The position numbers and the translations under genes are program-made. DNA of 63,393 nt, the filler included, from Craspedostauros australis (Eukaryota): assembly GCA_030167865.1 (NCBI GenBank). It is 21 parts of 21 records of this genome, joined end to end, with 100 filler letters (N's around TTAATTAATTAA, not from the genome) between each part and the next. Parts side by side here need not be neighbours in the genome. Positions count along the whole stretch, not along the records: positions 48,335 to 50,382 come from JALAGF010000275.1; positions 50,483 to 52,803 come from JALAGF010000276.1; positions 52,904 to 54,260 come from JALAGF010000278.1; positions 54,361 to 55,660 come from JALAGF010000279.1; positions 55,761 to 56,933 come from JALAGF010000280.1; positions 57,034 to 59,380 come from JALAGF010000282.1; positions 59,481 to 62,099 come from JALAGF010000283.1; 14 more parts are not named here. One strand, written 5' to 3'. Of the stretch, positions 48,335 through 59,645 are shown in pieces. Under the pieces are notes generated by a model. The model was given only the letters and a program-made list of their open reading frames with translations, made no database searches and was not told the DNA's origin. Position 1 is the first letter of the stretch, and every line of letters starts with the position of its first letter.

Positions 48335-49144
48335 ACGCTGACAAACAACCCGACAAGCAATCCAACAAGCGCGTCCACAAGCACGCTGACAAGCAACCCG
48401 ACAAGCAACCCGACAAGCCACCCAACGAGCGCGCCCACAAGCAACCTGACAAATAACCCGACAAACAACCCAACGAGCGCGCCCACAAGCAAGCTGACAA
48501 ACAACCCGACAAACAACCCAACAAGCAACCCAACAAGCACGCTGACAAACAACCCGACAAGCAATCCAACAAGCGCGTCCACAAGCACGCTGACAAGCAA
48601 CCCGACAAGCAACCCGACAAGCAACCCAACGAGCGCGCCCACAAGCAACCTGACAAATAACCCGACAAACAACCCGACAAGCAAACCAACGAGCGCGCCC
48701 ACAAGCACGCTGACAAACAACCCAACAAGCTACTCCACTTCGGCACCTTCAGTTGGAAGCAACTGGAGTGCCTGTGCCTCCGATGAGTCCATGGTCCGCG
48801 TGGAACTACTGACAGATAACAATGGATCTGAAACCACCTGGGAGCTGAAGAATGGAGACAACGTCCTCCTCCAAGATGGTCCGTTTGCCGACAACACCAT
48901 CCAACTCTACACCAAGGAGATATGCGTCTCAAAGTCTGCCTGCTTGAGGTTCACCATCAACGATTCGCGCAACGACGGAATCTGCTGCAGCAACGGCGAG
49001 GGCAGTTACACCGTCACCGTAGATGGAACCCTCGTAGCGTCCGGTGGCCAGTTCGAGTCGGTCGAGACCTCCACCTTCGGGCAGTGTGGTACCCGAAGAG
49101 GTCTGCGAGTCAACGGCGGTGGGCAGAAGGCCAAGCTAGAATGA
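48335..49144 (+). CDS. Secreted or cell-surface protein, 3' part: (PTSN/PTSA)n repeats plus a C-terminal Cys-containing beta domain
   Basis: 12-bp-unit repeats at 48335-48730 in frame with VELLTDNNGSETTWEL...C.RFTINDSRNDGICCSNGEGSY. Confidence 0.85.
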   Translation, partial: TLTNNPTSNPTSASTSTLTSNPTSNPTSHPTSAPTSNLTNNPTNNPTSAPTSKLTNNPTNNPTSNPTSTLTNNPTSNPTSASTSTLTSNPTSNPTSNPTSAPTSNLTNNPTNNPTSKPTSAPTSTLTNNPTSYSTSAPSVGSNWSACASDESMVRVELLTDNNGSETTWELKNGDNVLLQDGPFADNTIQLYTKEICVSKSACLRFTINDSRNDGICCSNGEGSYTVTVDGTLVASGGQFESVETSTFGQCGTRRGLRVNGGGQKAKLE

Positions 49145-49476
49145 AAAGAGAAGAAGAGAGCTACCAAGCCACGCAAGGCATAGACCGCATGGCAGAGCCT
49201 GCCATAGAAAAAACGTGGACAGCTGTCCCAGCAGAAACCAGCATACGCATATAATAGTATATCTTTCCATAACCAATATCAGCAGTGAAACTGTACAACA
49301 CCACTCGTCAGCTATGGTGAATAATAATACGTATGATGATGCAACTATGGCGCGCCGGTGGAAGGCTCCATGAAGGGGCGCGCAAGCGAAAATCCGAAGA
49401 GGAATCAGAAATCTGTGGTGTTTTTGGCATGCTATGTGTAGCAGATTAAAGTACGTACTGGAATACACTCTCTGCT

Positions 49477-50154
49477 CTACTGCTTCTCGCCACCGCCACT
49501 GCCGCCGCCGGTCTCCGGAACATCCTTCTTCGACACAATGGTGGCATCCACAACCCCGGTTCCTGCAGGACCATCATCGTCCCATTGGTTCATCGTCGGA
49601 ATGACAGTGGACTGCACCGGTGGCTCCTCCTGCTGCGCCGGCGTTGATCGCGGCATGGGATTGAGAGTGCTCTGCAAGGCCGAGAGCTCTCCGTTGTCGT
49701 CCATCTTCTTCAGTTTGTCTTCCAAAAACGGCTGCAGCTTGGTGCCCAGCTCCTGCATGAGATCGGGTCGCTGCGCCATCGTCTCGCCTTTGTTCAATTG
49801 CGCTACGTACTCTTCCCACAATCCCGGCTGCAGCTCCTTGCATTCCTTCTCGAGCTGTTCGGCCGCGGCCGGGATGATGAAGCTGGCATAGAGAAAGGCG
49901 ACGGCGGCGAAGAAGAAGATGAGGCCTGTGATGACGGCTGCCACGGTCTGCAGGACGCCGCCGGCTTGCTGCAGCATGGAGGGATCCGTCGCGGCGGCCA
50001 CGACGGCATCGTCAGCGATGAGAAACGTCTCGGGCAGCAACGTGCCGGCGCCGAGCATGGTGGCAGTATTGCGCGTGTGGTGCATGCGCGGCGTTTGGAA
50101 CGCGCTCGCGGATGCTGCGAGGATCAGGAGGACGGAGATGGAATGGAAGGTCAT
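49477..50154 (-). CDS. Putative plastid-targeted single-pass membrane protein
   Basis: Signal peptide ending ASA-F (ASASAFQTP, the diatom ASAFAP-type motif), a transit-like segment, and one TM helix VAAVITGLIFFFAAVAFLYASFII. Confidence 0.8.
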   Translation of the reverse strand: MTFHSISVLLILAASASAFQTPRMHHTRNTATMLGAGTLLPETFLIADDAVVAAATDPSMLQQAGGVLQTVAAVITGLIFFFAAVAFLYASFIIPAAAEQLEKECKELQPGLWEEYVAQLNKGETMAQRPDLMQELGTKLQPFLEDKLKKMDDNGELSALQSTLNPMPRSTPAQQEEPPVQSTVIPTMNQWDDDGPAGTGVVDATIVSKKDVPETGGGSGGGEKQ

Positions 50155-51207
50155 GATGCTGGAGTAGTGGAAAGGGATGCGTTGTGTTGAATAGCGTTAT
50201 GGTGCTTGGTGTTGTGCTTCTTGTGCTCTCTTGTTGTTGTGGAGACACTGCGCGCACCCAGCATTGCACAAGTGTGCGAAGAGAAGAAACATCAGCCACA
50301 GCGATGTCAAACGGAGCAGGCAGCAGCAACCAACGCAACAGAGATGTGGAAAACGTGTTGATGTTCGTGTCTGTCAGATCCANNNNNNNNNNNNNNNNNN
50401 NNNNNNNNNNNNNNNNNNNNNNNNNNTTAATTAATTAANNNNNNNNNNNNNNNNNNNNNNNNNNNNNNNNNNNNNNNNNNNNGCATGTATCAACAGCATG
50501 AACTGCGCTGTCTTGTCTTCATGCCAATACTCTATACTCCATTCTTCCTCCATCTCGCCGATCGTTTCCTCGAGCTGTTCCGTCAATGACCTGAGAGCGT
50601 GAAGCATCAGACGTTCCGGTATCTGCTGGTACTCCAACTGTTGCTGCGGCATAGGTTGGGAGAACGGTGCAACGAGTATGCTGCCCCACTGGCACACTCT
50701 CCTACTCGCACGCTGCCAACTCCGTCACTGACTGGTACCTACACCCGACCTTTCAGCCTCTTGAGGTTGGAGATGGTCACAAGTGATGCTAACCGCTTCC
50801 AAAGCAACGTGAGCGTGGACCGGGATGACGACGAGGAAGAGGACGATATCATGACATGGCATGACGACGGCATGCCGACGGCAACAGTGCTACGGCTAGT
50901 ATCAACAATCATTACCGCGCAGCTTCATTCGGATGCACTTGATGCGTGGCACAGATTACATCCGTAGGTTGGAGTGGATGGGTAGGCAAGAGCAAAGGTC
51001 TACTAGAACAGTATCGTACTCGAAGAGTATCCGTACGAGTATTGTATTACATCATGTTGTATTGCATTGCATTGCGCCAAGTCTGTTCCTACGTATGGGT
51101 AACGATGAGTCGACAATCCATGCTCATTCATTTTCTAATTGCTAACTAATGCCGCGCAGATCGATACTTCCTTAGAGCCACTCTTCTCTGTGCTTCCTCA
51201 TGTTCCC

Positions 51208-52803
51208 TCATGCTTCCTCATCTCCTGATCCATCAGATATCGACTGTGATCTCTTCGTGTCTGATGTTTGCATGTCGCTGACCATCTTCCATGGGGCGTG
51301 CTCCACCAAGGCGGCGCCCTTCGCTGCTGAGCCCTTCCTCATCAGCGCAAACGACATTTGGTGCATCAGACCATCGATGTAGGATGTTCCCACCGACAAC
51401 GTGGAAAACATACCGTAATGACCGCAGACGATGGAGTCATCGATCACTGTCCTATCAGCAAATGTGAGCAGCGGAGCTTCATAGATGCGGGATCCAAAGT
51501 ACAGCATCTTTCCCTGGATGGTCGCCCCTCGGAATCGCAACAGAGCGTTCATCATCGGTGTGCCCCAAACAACTGACTCGAAGGACCACGACTGAAAGAA
51601 CTGGCTGTAGGTAAAGTAGACCATGTGCAATGAAACCGACCATGGTCCTCCGCGTGCGACGCTTCCCAAGAGAGTGATAGTCTCGATCACTCGATAGAGA
51701 ACGAGCCAGATCATGGTCTGGATGATGGTGGATGCCGCAATGGCGATCGGAGCCAGCGCCGTTGTCGTGTCTGGCTTGAGTATGATAGCCAACAGCTCAT
51801 ATGATGGGATGAGGCTGACCGCCACTGCCGCAAGCATAATGATATGCAGCAGGGTGTTGTTGATCATGAGCATCCAGAACTGGGATGCGGAGAGAGGCAC
51901 GTTGCTTGGATGATGGTCGGTGTTGATGATATCGCTGGTGACGTGGGTGCCAGGAGTCACCATGGCTCTGCGGATGGTCACACCAGGGCCGCAAGCCAGT
52001 GACATGCCGATGGTGCTGTCTTCGATGGTGATCGCCTTGTATTGGCCATCTTCTTCGACATCGAGGTCACAAAAGGAGATGAAGGATCGCCTGACCGTGA
52101 CGAGGTCCAGCTTGGATGGAGGGAACAGCATTGTCATCGCTCTCGATCTCATATCGATGTCCATGCCGTGTGCCATGAGGACGAGGTTCCAAAGTTGGGA
52201 GTACAATGTTAAGTCGAGGATCAGTGTTGTTCCGACGAAGAAGTGGAAGTCGCAAGCCCAGTCAGCAAACTTAGAGAATGTTCCTGTCCGCGCTGGGCCG
52301 GACCGCTTCTTGCCGATCAGCACCCACTTGAGAATGATGCTGGTGATCACGAAGCAGACGGACGTGAGGCCAAAGAGGGCGATCCAGTAGACAATGGGTG
52401 AGTACCTCCAATCTGCAAGCCCATCTCCGACCAACTGATCAGCAGCCACGAAGCATGCGAAGGCGAAGTACAGCTCGACGGCGAGCCAAACAAGCTTCAT
52501 CATTCCCAGCACGATCGATGGGCTGGTGGATGTGTCGGATGCCGTGTCTCCACTCGCTGTTCCAGTTGCGGATGCATCGTCATCGCCCTTGAGAGTCGAC
52601 GAAGGAGCATCGACAAATGCTGGGTTGCCTCTGATCGAGGTGTTTGGTGGTGCTTGAGCACCTTCCACCAGCACGGATATGCTCTGCACCTGGCAGCCAG
52701 AGCCGACGCTGGCTCCAGGAAGCAAGGCGCCATTGACCGTAGCGTTGGATCCAACCTGAGTCTTGCGAAACCTCACGCTGGGGCCTTCCTGCTCATCCTT
52801 CCA
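51208..52803 (-). CDS. C-terminal region of a Pls/PosA-like membrane NRPS (LbH-like domains alternating with TM hairpins), 5' end missing
   Basis: VGSNATVNGALLPGASVGSG..APPNTSIRGNPA, TM pairs, LKWVLIGK, WNLVLMAHGMDI and WGTPMMNALLRFRGATI...LLTFADRTVIDD..CGH. Confidence 0.7.
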   Translation of the reverse strand, partial: WKDEQEGPSVRFRKTQVGSNATVNGALLPGASVGSGCQVQSISVLVEGAQAPPNTSIRGNPAFVDAPSSTLKGDDDASATGTASGDTASDTSTSPSIVLGMMKLVWLAVELYFAFACFVAADQLVGDGLADWRYSPIVYWIALFGLTSVCFVITSIILKWVLIGKKRSGPARTGTFSKFADWACDFHFFVGTTLILDLTLYSQLWNLVLMAHGMDIDMRSRAMTMLFPPSKLDLVTVRRSFISFCDLDVEEDGQYKAITIEDSTIGMSLACGPGVTIRRAMVTPGTHVTSDIINTDHHPSNVPLSASQFWMLMINNTLLHIIMLAAVAVSLIPSYELLAIILKPDTTTALAPIAIAASTIIQTMIWLVLYRVIETITLLGSVARGGPWSVSLHMVYFTYSQFFQSWSFESVVWGTPMMNALLRFRGATIQGKMLYFGSRIYEAPLLTFADRTVIDDSIVCGHYGMFSTLSVGTSYIDGLMHQMSFALMRKGSAAKGAALVEHAPWKMVSDMQTSDTKRSQSISDGSGDEEA

Positions 52804-52904
52804 NNNNNNNNNNNNNNNNNNNNNNNNNNNNNNNNNNNNNNNNNNNNTTAATTAATTAANNNNNNNNNNNNNNNNNNNNNNNNNNNNNNNNNNNNNNNNN
52901 NNNC

Positions 52905-54025
52905 TCCGAATACCTGGATAACGACCTCCAAACCACCGAGGTCCTCAGCATCGCCATAGCCGATGGTCAGTGCTTCTACCCCGCTCAAGACGGCGCATGG
53001 GGCGAACCACCTGACGAATACCGCGCAACCATGCGGAAGCCATCCATATGCCACTTTTTCAAGGTGAGGAAGAACCGGATCCCGATCATCCTCGCACGCG
53101 CAAGGAAGGCACGAATGGTCCGAAAACAAAGCNACACCCTCGCCATCAACCTCGCACGAGAGAAGAANGCACTCGCGAACGANCCTCTTCCTCCCACCGA
53201 CNANGANGANNTGGTCAATGGAATACCATCCCTCGAAGACAACCGTCCCAGTCTCGAAGAGGGAGAGACACCAGAAGGAAGGTTCCTGGACGAGATCCCC
53301 GACGGATACTTCGACGAAAAGATGTCCGCAGAAGAAGCCAGCCATCTGGAATCTGAATCAGAGGTGTGCCGCGATGGAGACCAAGAATCGCAGGACCCAG
53401 GAAGCGTGATCGATGTGGAAGCAGAGATCGCAAGTGGAGCGGTAATCAGCAACCCCAGACCTCCCGTCAGGCGATCCTCACGACCATCACCGGCGTCCAA
53501 AATCTTGACAGCCACGCGAGATGGACAAGGGTATACCGACAAGGTACGCCCAAAGCCCATGATCCCAGCCGACCATTCCGTGGACAGCGCATCCGTCCCG
53601 GAGCCCGGCGACAGCGACGATTCTGGGTCCATCTACCGACCAGAAGGCAAGTCGACCAAACGAAGCCAAGCGTCACGACGACCCGGCTCTGGAGCCAGCA
53701 GCAAGCAAAACAACCGTCCCAAAAGAGAGGGGCTCTTCGACGAATCCGAGGACTCCACCATTTCCTCGGGAACGTCGGGAATCAAGATGATCAAACAGGT
53801 CAGGTCCGCCAAGAAATCCACAAGCGGGACCATCAACACGGAAAGGGCCCCACCACGACCATGGAAGAACCTACCGAGACGGCAGAATCAGTGCCTCCCA
53901 CAACCCAGGATGAGCAACCAGAGGTCCCTACACCACCGGAGGAACCAACCGATGATGACGTGCCGGTAGCAACCGCGTACCCGGCACCCGTGAATTACAA
54001 TGAGTACGTGAACGCCAATACCTGA
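52905..54025 (+). CDS. Hypothetical, largely disordered protein in a multicopy (N-speckled) contig, with a probable frameshift near 53840
   Basis: Frame open from the contig start to 53969. An acidic, Pro-rich tail continues in another frame to 54025. No family recognised. Confidence 0.35.
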
Positions 54026-54360
54026 CAGCTCCGTGCCTCGAAGCATCCCCTACCATCGACCCCCGACACTCCGGAGATCAGCAATGCCAACAAGAGAGCC
54101 CGAACGGAGGTCCGACCAGCGATAGCATACCCGTCACCCCGACGCCTTCGGTCCGGATACATCATGTCCAGCAACAGAGGACCAACGATGATGCAACCAT
54201 CCATCTTCCAGATGCCTCCCGACCCCACAGCTCAGATCAAGGCCGTCCTCCAAAACGACGNNNNNNNNNNNNNNNNNNNNNNNNNNNNNNNNNNNNNNNN
54301 NNNNTTAATTAATTAANNNNNNNNNNNNNNNNNNNNNNNNNNNNNNNNNNNNNNNNNNNN

Positions 54361-54725
54361 GTCAGAATGTACAATGTTTGCTTGTTGTAACTAGACGAAT
54401 CCTGCTGATGGAATGCAACAAGTCAACTGGCAAGAGAGCCACAACAACATCCGCAACCCCCATTCGAAGAGAGGGGAACATGCTGACTCTGTGGCTGTCG
54501 AATGTGTGGAATCGCATGAAGAGGCGAAGGATCCGTGGACCAGAATGAAAAAAGCCAAAAAACAACAAGATGCAGTCCGTGCACAACATGATAATGAGCA
54601 AAAAAGCCACAAGTNGTTTTTGAAAATACGCAAGAATTTTTCGCCATTTGGTGGCCCGCATCCCTTTTCGACTTTCGTTTTCCTTCGTCGCAATTTAAAA
54701 AAAACGCCGTTTTCCCTTCCCCTCC
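54361..54725. mobile_element. DNA-element end (family D, possibly MULE-like TIR starting GGAGGGGAAGGGAAAACGGCG on the minus strand)
   Basis: The terminal ~40 bp gtcgca.ttta.aaaaaaacgccgttttcccttcccctcc are shared with 59608-59645. The flanks differ. Confidence 0.6.
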
Positions 54726-55029
54726 AAAGAAATCACTTTTTCTGTGGTGTGGCACAGACACGTTCGTCGGAACAGTTGATGTGTTGGATTGAACAAAAGA
54801 ACAGTGGCACTTCGGAGGCACTTGCGAGAACGTTTGACACCAAGAAAGCATCATCGTTCTATTGGAGAGTTCTCCCGGGACTGACTTTTTGGAACTGCAA
54901 GACACAACAAGCGCATCAAACTCACGTTCTGAAATGGCGAACCTTCAGATTTATTGGCCTCGGCTTCATCGACCAAGATGTGATTCACCCTTGTGAGAGC
55001 AACGGAATGAATCACTCAACAACACAACG

Positions 55030-55173
55030 AGACATGAACGATACAGAGTATCATTGGAACAGAACACGACCTCTCCAAACCACCGCTTTTCCACGCTCTC
55101 TCTCGATCTTCGGGCTCCCCGTCTTTTCTACGACCACACGAACAAGGACGACGAACATGCTAGTAGTAGTCGT

Positions 55174-55214
<41 letters not shown>

Positions 55215-55660
55215 CACCAGCAGTAGCACCAGTCCCAATGCTGGAGGCATGGACCAAGACGACAGCCAGATGTTCCCTGTGGTGGACTAGTCGTGCTTCT
55301 CTCACTCCTTCTCGACGGTTCTGCACGAACGACTGCAGCAGGTGTCAGACCAGGAGCGGCAGAACCGGAAGTACGCCAGCTGCCAGGTATGTGGATTCTC
55401 GCTGGATCCGCAAGTCGCAAGTGACGACAGCCAGAAGATCTTCGTCTCCTCTCTCAGCCAACCAGGCATGGATGAAAACGTCCTCATCGTCGATCGCACC
55501 GCCGGATCCATCTGCATCATCCGGATGGGCACGGAGCCCTTTGCCAGCTTCGCTCAGCAGCTCAAGCTCAAGACCATTGCCATCGACGGATATGGCGATG
55601 GCCATAATACTGCCAATGGCGACGAGCCAACGCATGATATTGACGCCACAGACAAGACCG
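55030..55660 (+). pseudogene. Hypothetical gene fragment with poly-Ser (AGC)n and one in-frame TAG at 55288-55290
   Basis: ORFs 55054..55290 and 55342..gap share a frame and are separated by a single stop. Confidence 0.4.
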
Positions 55661-55760
55661 NNNNNNNNNNNNNNNNNNNNNNNNNNNNNNNNNNNNNNNN
55701 NNNNTTAATTAATTAANNNNNNNNNNNNNNNNNNNNNNNNNNNNNNNNNNNNNNNNNNNN

Positions 55761-56933
55761 CCCTGCAATCTGCGAGTATCCGCATGCGACGAGCCTTGCA
55801 CGGAACACACCGTTTCTCTTCTCCTTGAACACCCATTTGGTCTTTACGCATCGCCGATCCTTCGGCATTTGGTTCATCTTGATCTTCTCCCATACTTCTC
55901 TTCTGGTCATATTGGTGAACTCCTTGTTGATGGCCTCTCGCCATTTCGTTCTCTTCTCAGGATCTGCATGATCCCAGCATTCCTCGAATGTGGTTGGGTC
56001 TAGCATCATTGCGACATTAGCTTGCTCGTACCCCTCTTCGAGTGATCGTTGGTCCAATCCTTGGCTCGCAGTGATGAAGTCNNNNNNNNNNNNNNNNNNN
56101 NNNNNNNNNNNNNNNNNNNNNNNNNNNNNNNNNNNNTTGAATGTTGACCAATTCGTGTGGAAATCCTGTCCTGATGTTGCCAATGGTGTGGTAGTCGTTG
56201 TTGGAGTAGTCTCATTCTCTCCTGCATCTGATTCTGACTCTCCACTGGATCCTAGGTCTCGTTCCTCCATTGGAATGGGCGAATTGTTGAACCCTGCGAG
56301 AGCCTTCAGCATCCTTGGCATCCCTCTAACAGGTGTTGCGACTGGGACCTCGTCTTGATAGTGTGGTCTCTTCTCGTTGTCCCTTCCGGATTCATCGTCG
56401 TTATCATCGTACGAATCGTCATCCCCTTGGGTGGGGAGCAAGTCATCTTGCCCTTGAGCAGCGTCTTCTGTATCTACATCAATTCTGGCTCCTCTGCTCT
56501 GATCTGCGTCGTCGGTCTCCATTCCCTTGATGGTATCCTCACGTCGCTCCCAAGTTACTCTATTGTTCGGGGAAGGTATCTCCGATGTAGAGTCGTCATC
56601 TTCCAGGTCTATTAGTACTGACCTGTTGGCNNNNNNNNNNNNNNNNNNNNNNNNNNNNNNNNNNNNNNNNNNNNNNNNNNNNNNNNNNNNNNNNNNNNNN
56701 NNNNNNNNNNNNNNNNNNNNNNNNTACACACCACTAGCATGCGATTGGCCGTATCCGACGAACATAGCCGGTTTGGATCTGCTATCCAGCTTCGCCTTGA
56801 TTGTTCGTCCTCCGATGTGGACCATACCTATTTCGCCGAATGTACGCAGTCCATCTACGTAAGTGGGGATCTGTTCGTTGAATAGGATGCAAGCTGGTTC
56901 TCTTGTCTTTGTTCCGATGATGTTCTCCAATTG
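55761..56933 (-). mobile_element. Ty1/Copia pol fragment (integrase C-terminus/SH3 to RT N-terminus)
   Basis: LRTFGEIG, KAKLDSRSKPAMFVGY, DPTTFEECW, WREAINKEF.NM..REVW and KWVFKEKRNGVFRARLVACGYSQ. Confidence 0.93.
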
Positions 56934-57034
56934 NNNNNNNNNNNNNNNNNNNNNNNNNNNNNNNNNNNNNNNNNNNNTTAATTAATTAANNNNNNNNNNN
57001 NNNNNNNNNNNNNNNNNNNNNNNNNNNNNNNNNT

Positions 57035-59380
57035 TCAACCGTACCTCTGGTCCTATCACCACGGACAGGTTCAATCACCCCTCAGTTCCACGTCGTGTTC
57101 GATGACTGGTTCGCAACGATCGCTACCGACTTGAAGCAACTTCCAAGCTATCAATCGGAAGAATGGACTCGCATGTTTGGTGACACCACCTTCCAATATC
57201 CATTCGATGACGACGATGTGGAATCAATGGAGCAGGACGACATCTTTGCATCAGACACGCGAGACCACAACCGGTTACAACGCAACGACGATAATACTCC
57301 ACCACAGAGAATTGATACACGAAACCAACAAACCATCCGTGAAAGAGCGCCACAGGTATTGGCGAAAGAGTCGCAACAAACGACGCAACAGATCCCCGAT
57401 CTCATGAGTGAAGCTCTCGCCCCTCCAATGCCAGTTTCAGAGGGAGTCAACAGGCAAATGTCTTCGACAGAGGGAGCTACCGATGAGCCCCCGGTATTTA
57501 ATCCTACTATAGGGTCACCGGACCAGCGAACCCTTCAACCGCAATTGGGTTCACCTCTCCGAGAGTCGCCAATTTCAGAACCAGCAACTCCATTAACGCC
57601 AATTGATACCAGCTCCACGCCACCCACGATGCCTAAGCCTGAGCCAACGCCAACAAGACTTCGAAGCACGAGAAATCGCAAACAACCAAAGCGATTCACG
57701 TACGCGCGTATGGGAGGCAAAGCAGCCTGGTTGGACGACGAGGACACCGATGACTACTACTTCTGCCCCGCAGTAGCTACCTTGGAAGAAATCGAACAGG
57801 CCGCAACACCCAGGGAACTGCACCCCGATTCATCATCGATCATCACATTCTCACAAGCTGTCGTCGATTGCTTACATACAATCGAACCTCTCCAACGCAA
57901 AGGCAGCGACTCTCTCTCCATCGACCTACACCAATTCAAGGTGGACGCCCACTACTTATTGCGCAGACTTCGAGGTCGATTCAACGCTTTGAATCCGCAG
58001 CCAACCAACATCGTTCTTCCAACATTCACCCCAAAGACGGCTGAAGCAGAAGAAGCAAGCATCAACATGGCCGACTGGTGGCAACCGGACCCCGACGACA
58101 TGACCGAGGAAGGAGCGACTCCATTTCAGGAGACGTACGACAACTTCCACTCGGACATGGAGGATCACTTCGAGAAAGACCTCAACAGCGTCTTTCTCAA
58201 CGAAGACCTCCTCCGACTGGCCACCGACCACGCCGTCGAACAATTCGTGGAGAAGCTGAGTACCTTCATCAGCACAGGCACGATGGAACCCCGCTTCGAC
58301 GCCCTCGATTTCATGTCCAAGGCTAAATCAGGGCCATGGTACTACCAAGATCCCGAGCACTTGATGAACCAAGGGTACCTTCCACCCAAATCTGCGTACA
58401 GCGCAGAAGCGTTCGTCCAAAGAACTCGCTCCGTGTGGAACGCGATGATTGAAAATCATCACTACCGACTTGCATTCGAGCTACTCCGTCGCCAAGTGAC
58501 GACGATCCGACCAGGACCGTGGCTACGTCCAAGCGAATATGAGATTGAGCAATTCGTCCAAGGCATGATTGAGTCGAACACAGCGCCACTCACTTCGGCC
58601 CCAGCGACTCGCTCTGCCAATCAAGGATCCATGCTCGACATCGACCCGTCATCCACGCTCGACATCAATCCGTCATTCATCCTTGACACAGCGAAGTGCA
58701 TTCCACCAACCACATGGGCGAACATCGAACAGCATGCCTATTCTGTCGCAATCATCGAGCCACAGAAGGATGCAACAAACTACCCCACCTACGTCGATAA
58801 TCGCATGATGAGCTACTTCGCCGCAGGTGGCGATTTGGATATCGCCGAACGCACCTTGGTGTATAAGGCATCTAACACCGATCCGGACACCCTCTCCTTC
58901 GACGAAGCCATTCGCGACGACAACAAGGATGAGTGGATGCAAGCCGCCGAAAAGGAGATTCGAGATCTCACGGAAAAAGGCACGTGGGAGGAAGTGAAGA
59001 AGATCGACGTCGTCAACGATCGCATCTTTCCAGGGACCTGGGTCTTTCGCCGCAAGCGCCTCCCCGACGGAACCATCAAGAAATACAAGGGACGCTGGTG
59101 TTGCCGTGGAGACCTCATGCAAGAGGACGCCTCCACCTACGCACCAGTCGTCGCATGGTCATCCGTCCGCATCTTCCTCAGCACCTCCATCGTCATGGGT
59201 TGGACAACAACGTCCATCGACTTCACGAACGCTTTCGTGCAAGCATCCATCCACAAGCCAGTCTACCTTCATCTCCCTCGCGGATTCAAGTCAACAAAGG
59301 GTCCCGACACCTGCCTCAAGCTCCGCAAGAGCCTGTACGGCTTGACGATTGCTCCTCGCCTCTGGTATGAACATCTCATC
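57035..59380 (+). mobile_element. Ty1/Copia (CoDi-I-like) pol fragment: integrase C-terminus, very long linker, RT
   Basis: TGSITPQFHVVFDDWF, DPDTLSFDEA, GTWVFRRKRLPDGTIKKYKGRWCCRGD, YAPVVAW, IDFTNAFVQA and LRKSLYGL..APRLW. Confidence 0.95.
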
Positions 59381-59480
59381 NNNNNNNNNNNNNNNNNNNN
59401 NNNNNNNNNNNNNNNNNNNNNNNNTTAATTAATTAANNNNNNNNNNNNNNNNNNNNNNNNNNNNNNNNNNNNNNNNNNNN

Positions 59481-59645
59481 CAAACCCAAAGCAAGTCACA
59501 AATACACGAGGAAAGCAACAGCAGAACCTGTGAAATGGCTGATTCCAACGAAGACCAAGAAAATGTGGAAAATAGCAACAATGGACCCACTTTCTATTCT
59601 TTCTGAGTCGCATTTACAAAAAAACGCCGTTTTCCCTTCCCCTCC
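59481..59645. mobile_element. Family D element end, second instance
   Basis: Shares the terminal motif with 54687-54725. The internal sequence has diverged. Confidence 0.6.

Noticed and set aside
48279..48932. Minus-strand ORFs with LVGL/CLSG repeats suggesting a membrane protein
   Set aside because: They are antisense shadows of the PTSN repeat coding region.
54413..55708. 431-aa ORF
   Set aside because: It crosses a transposon end and reads the (AGC)n tract as poly-Ala. The other frame looks more protein-like.
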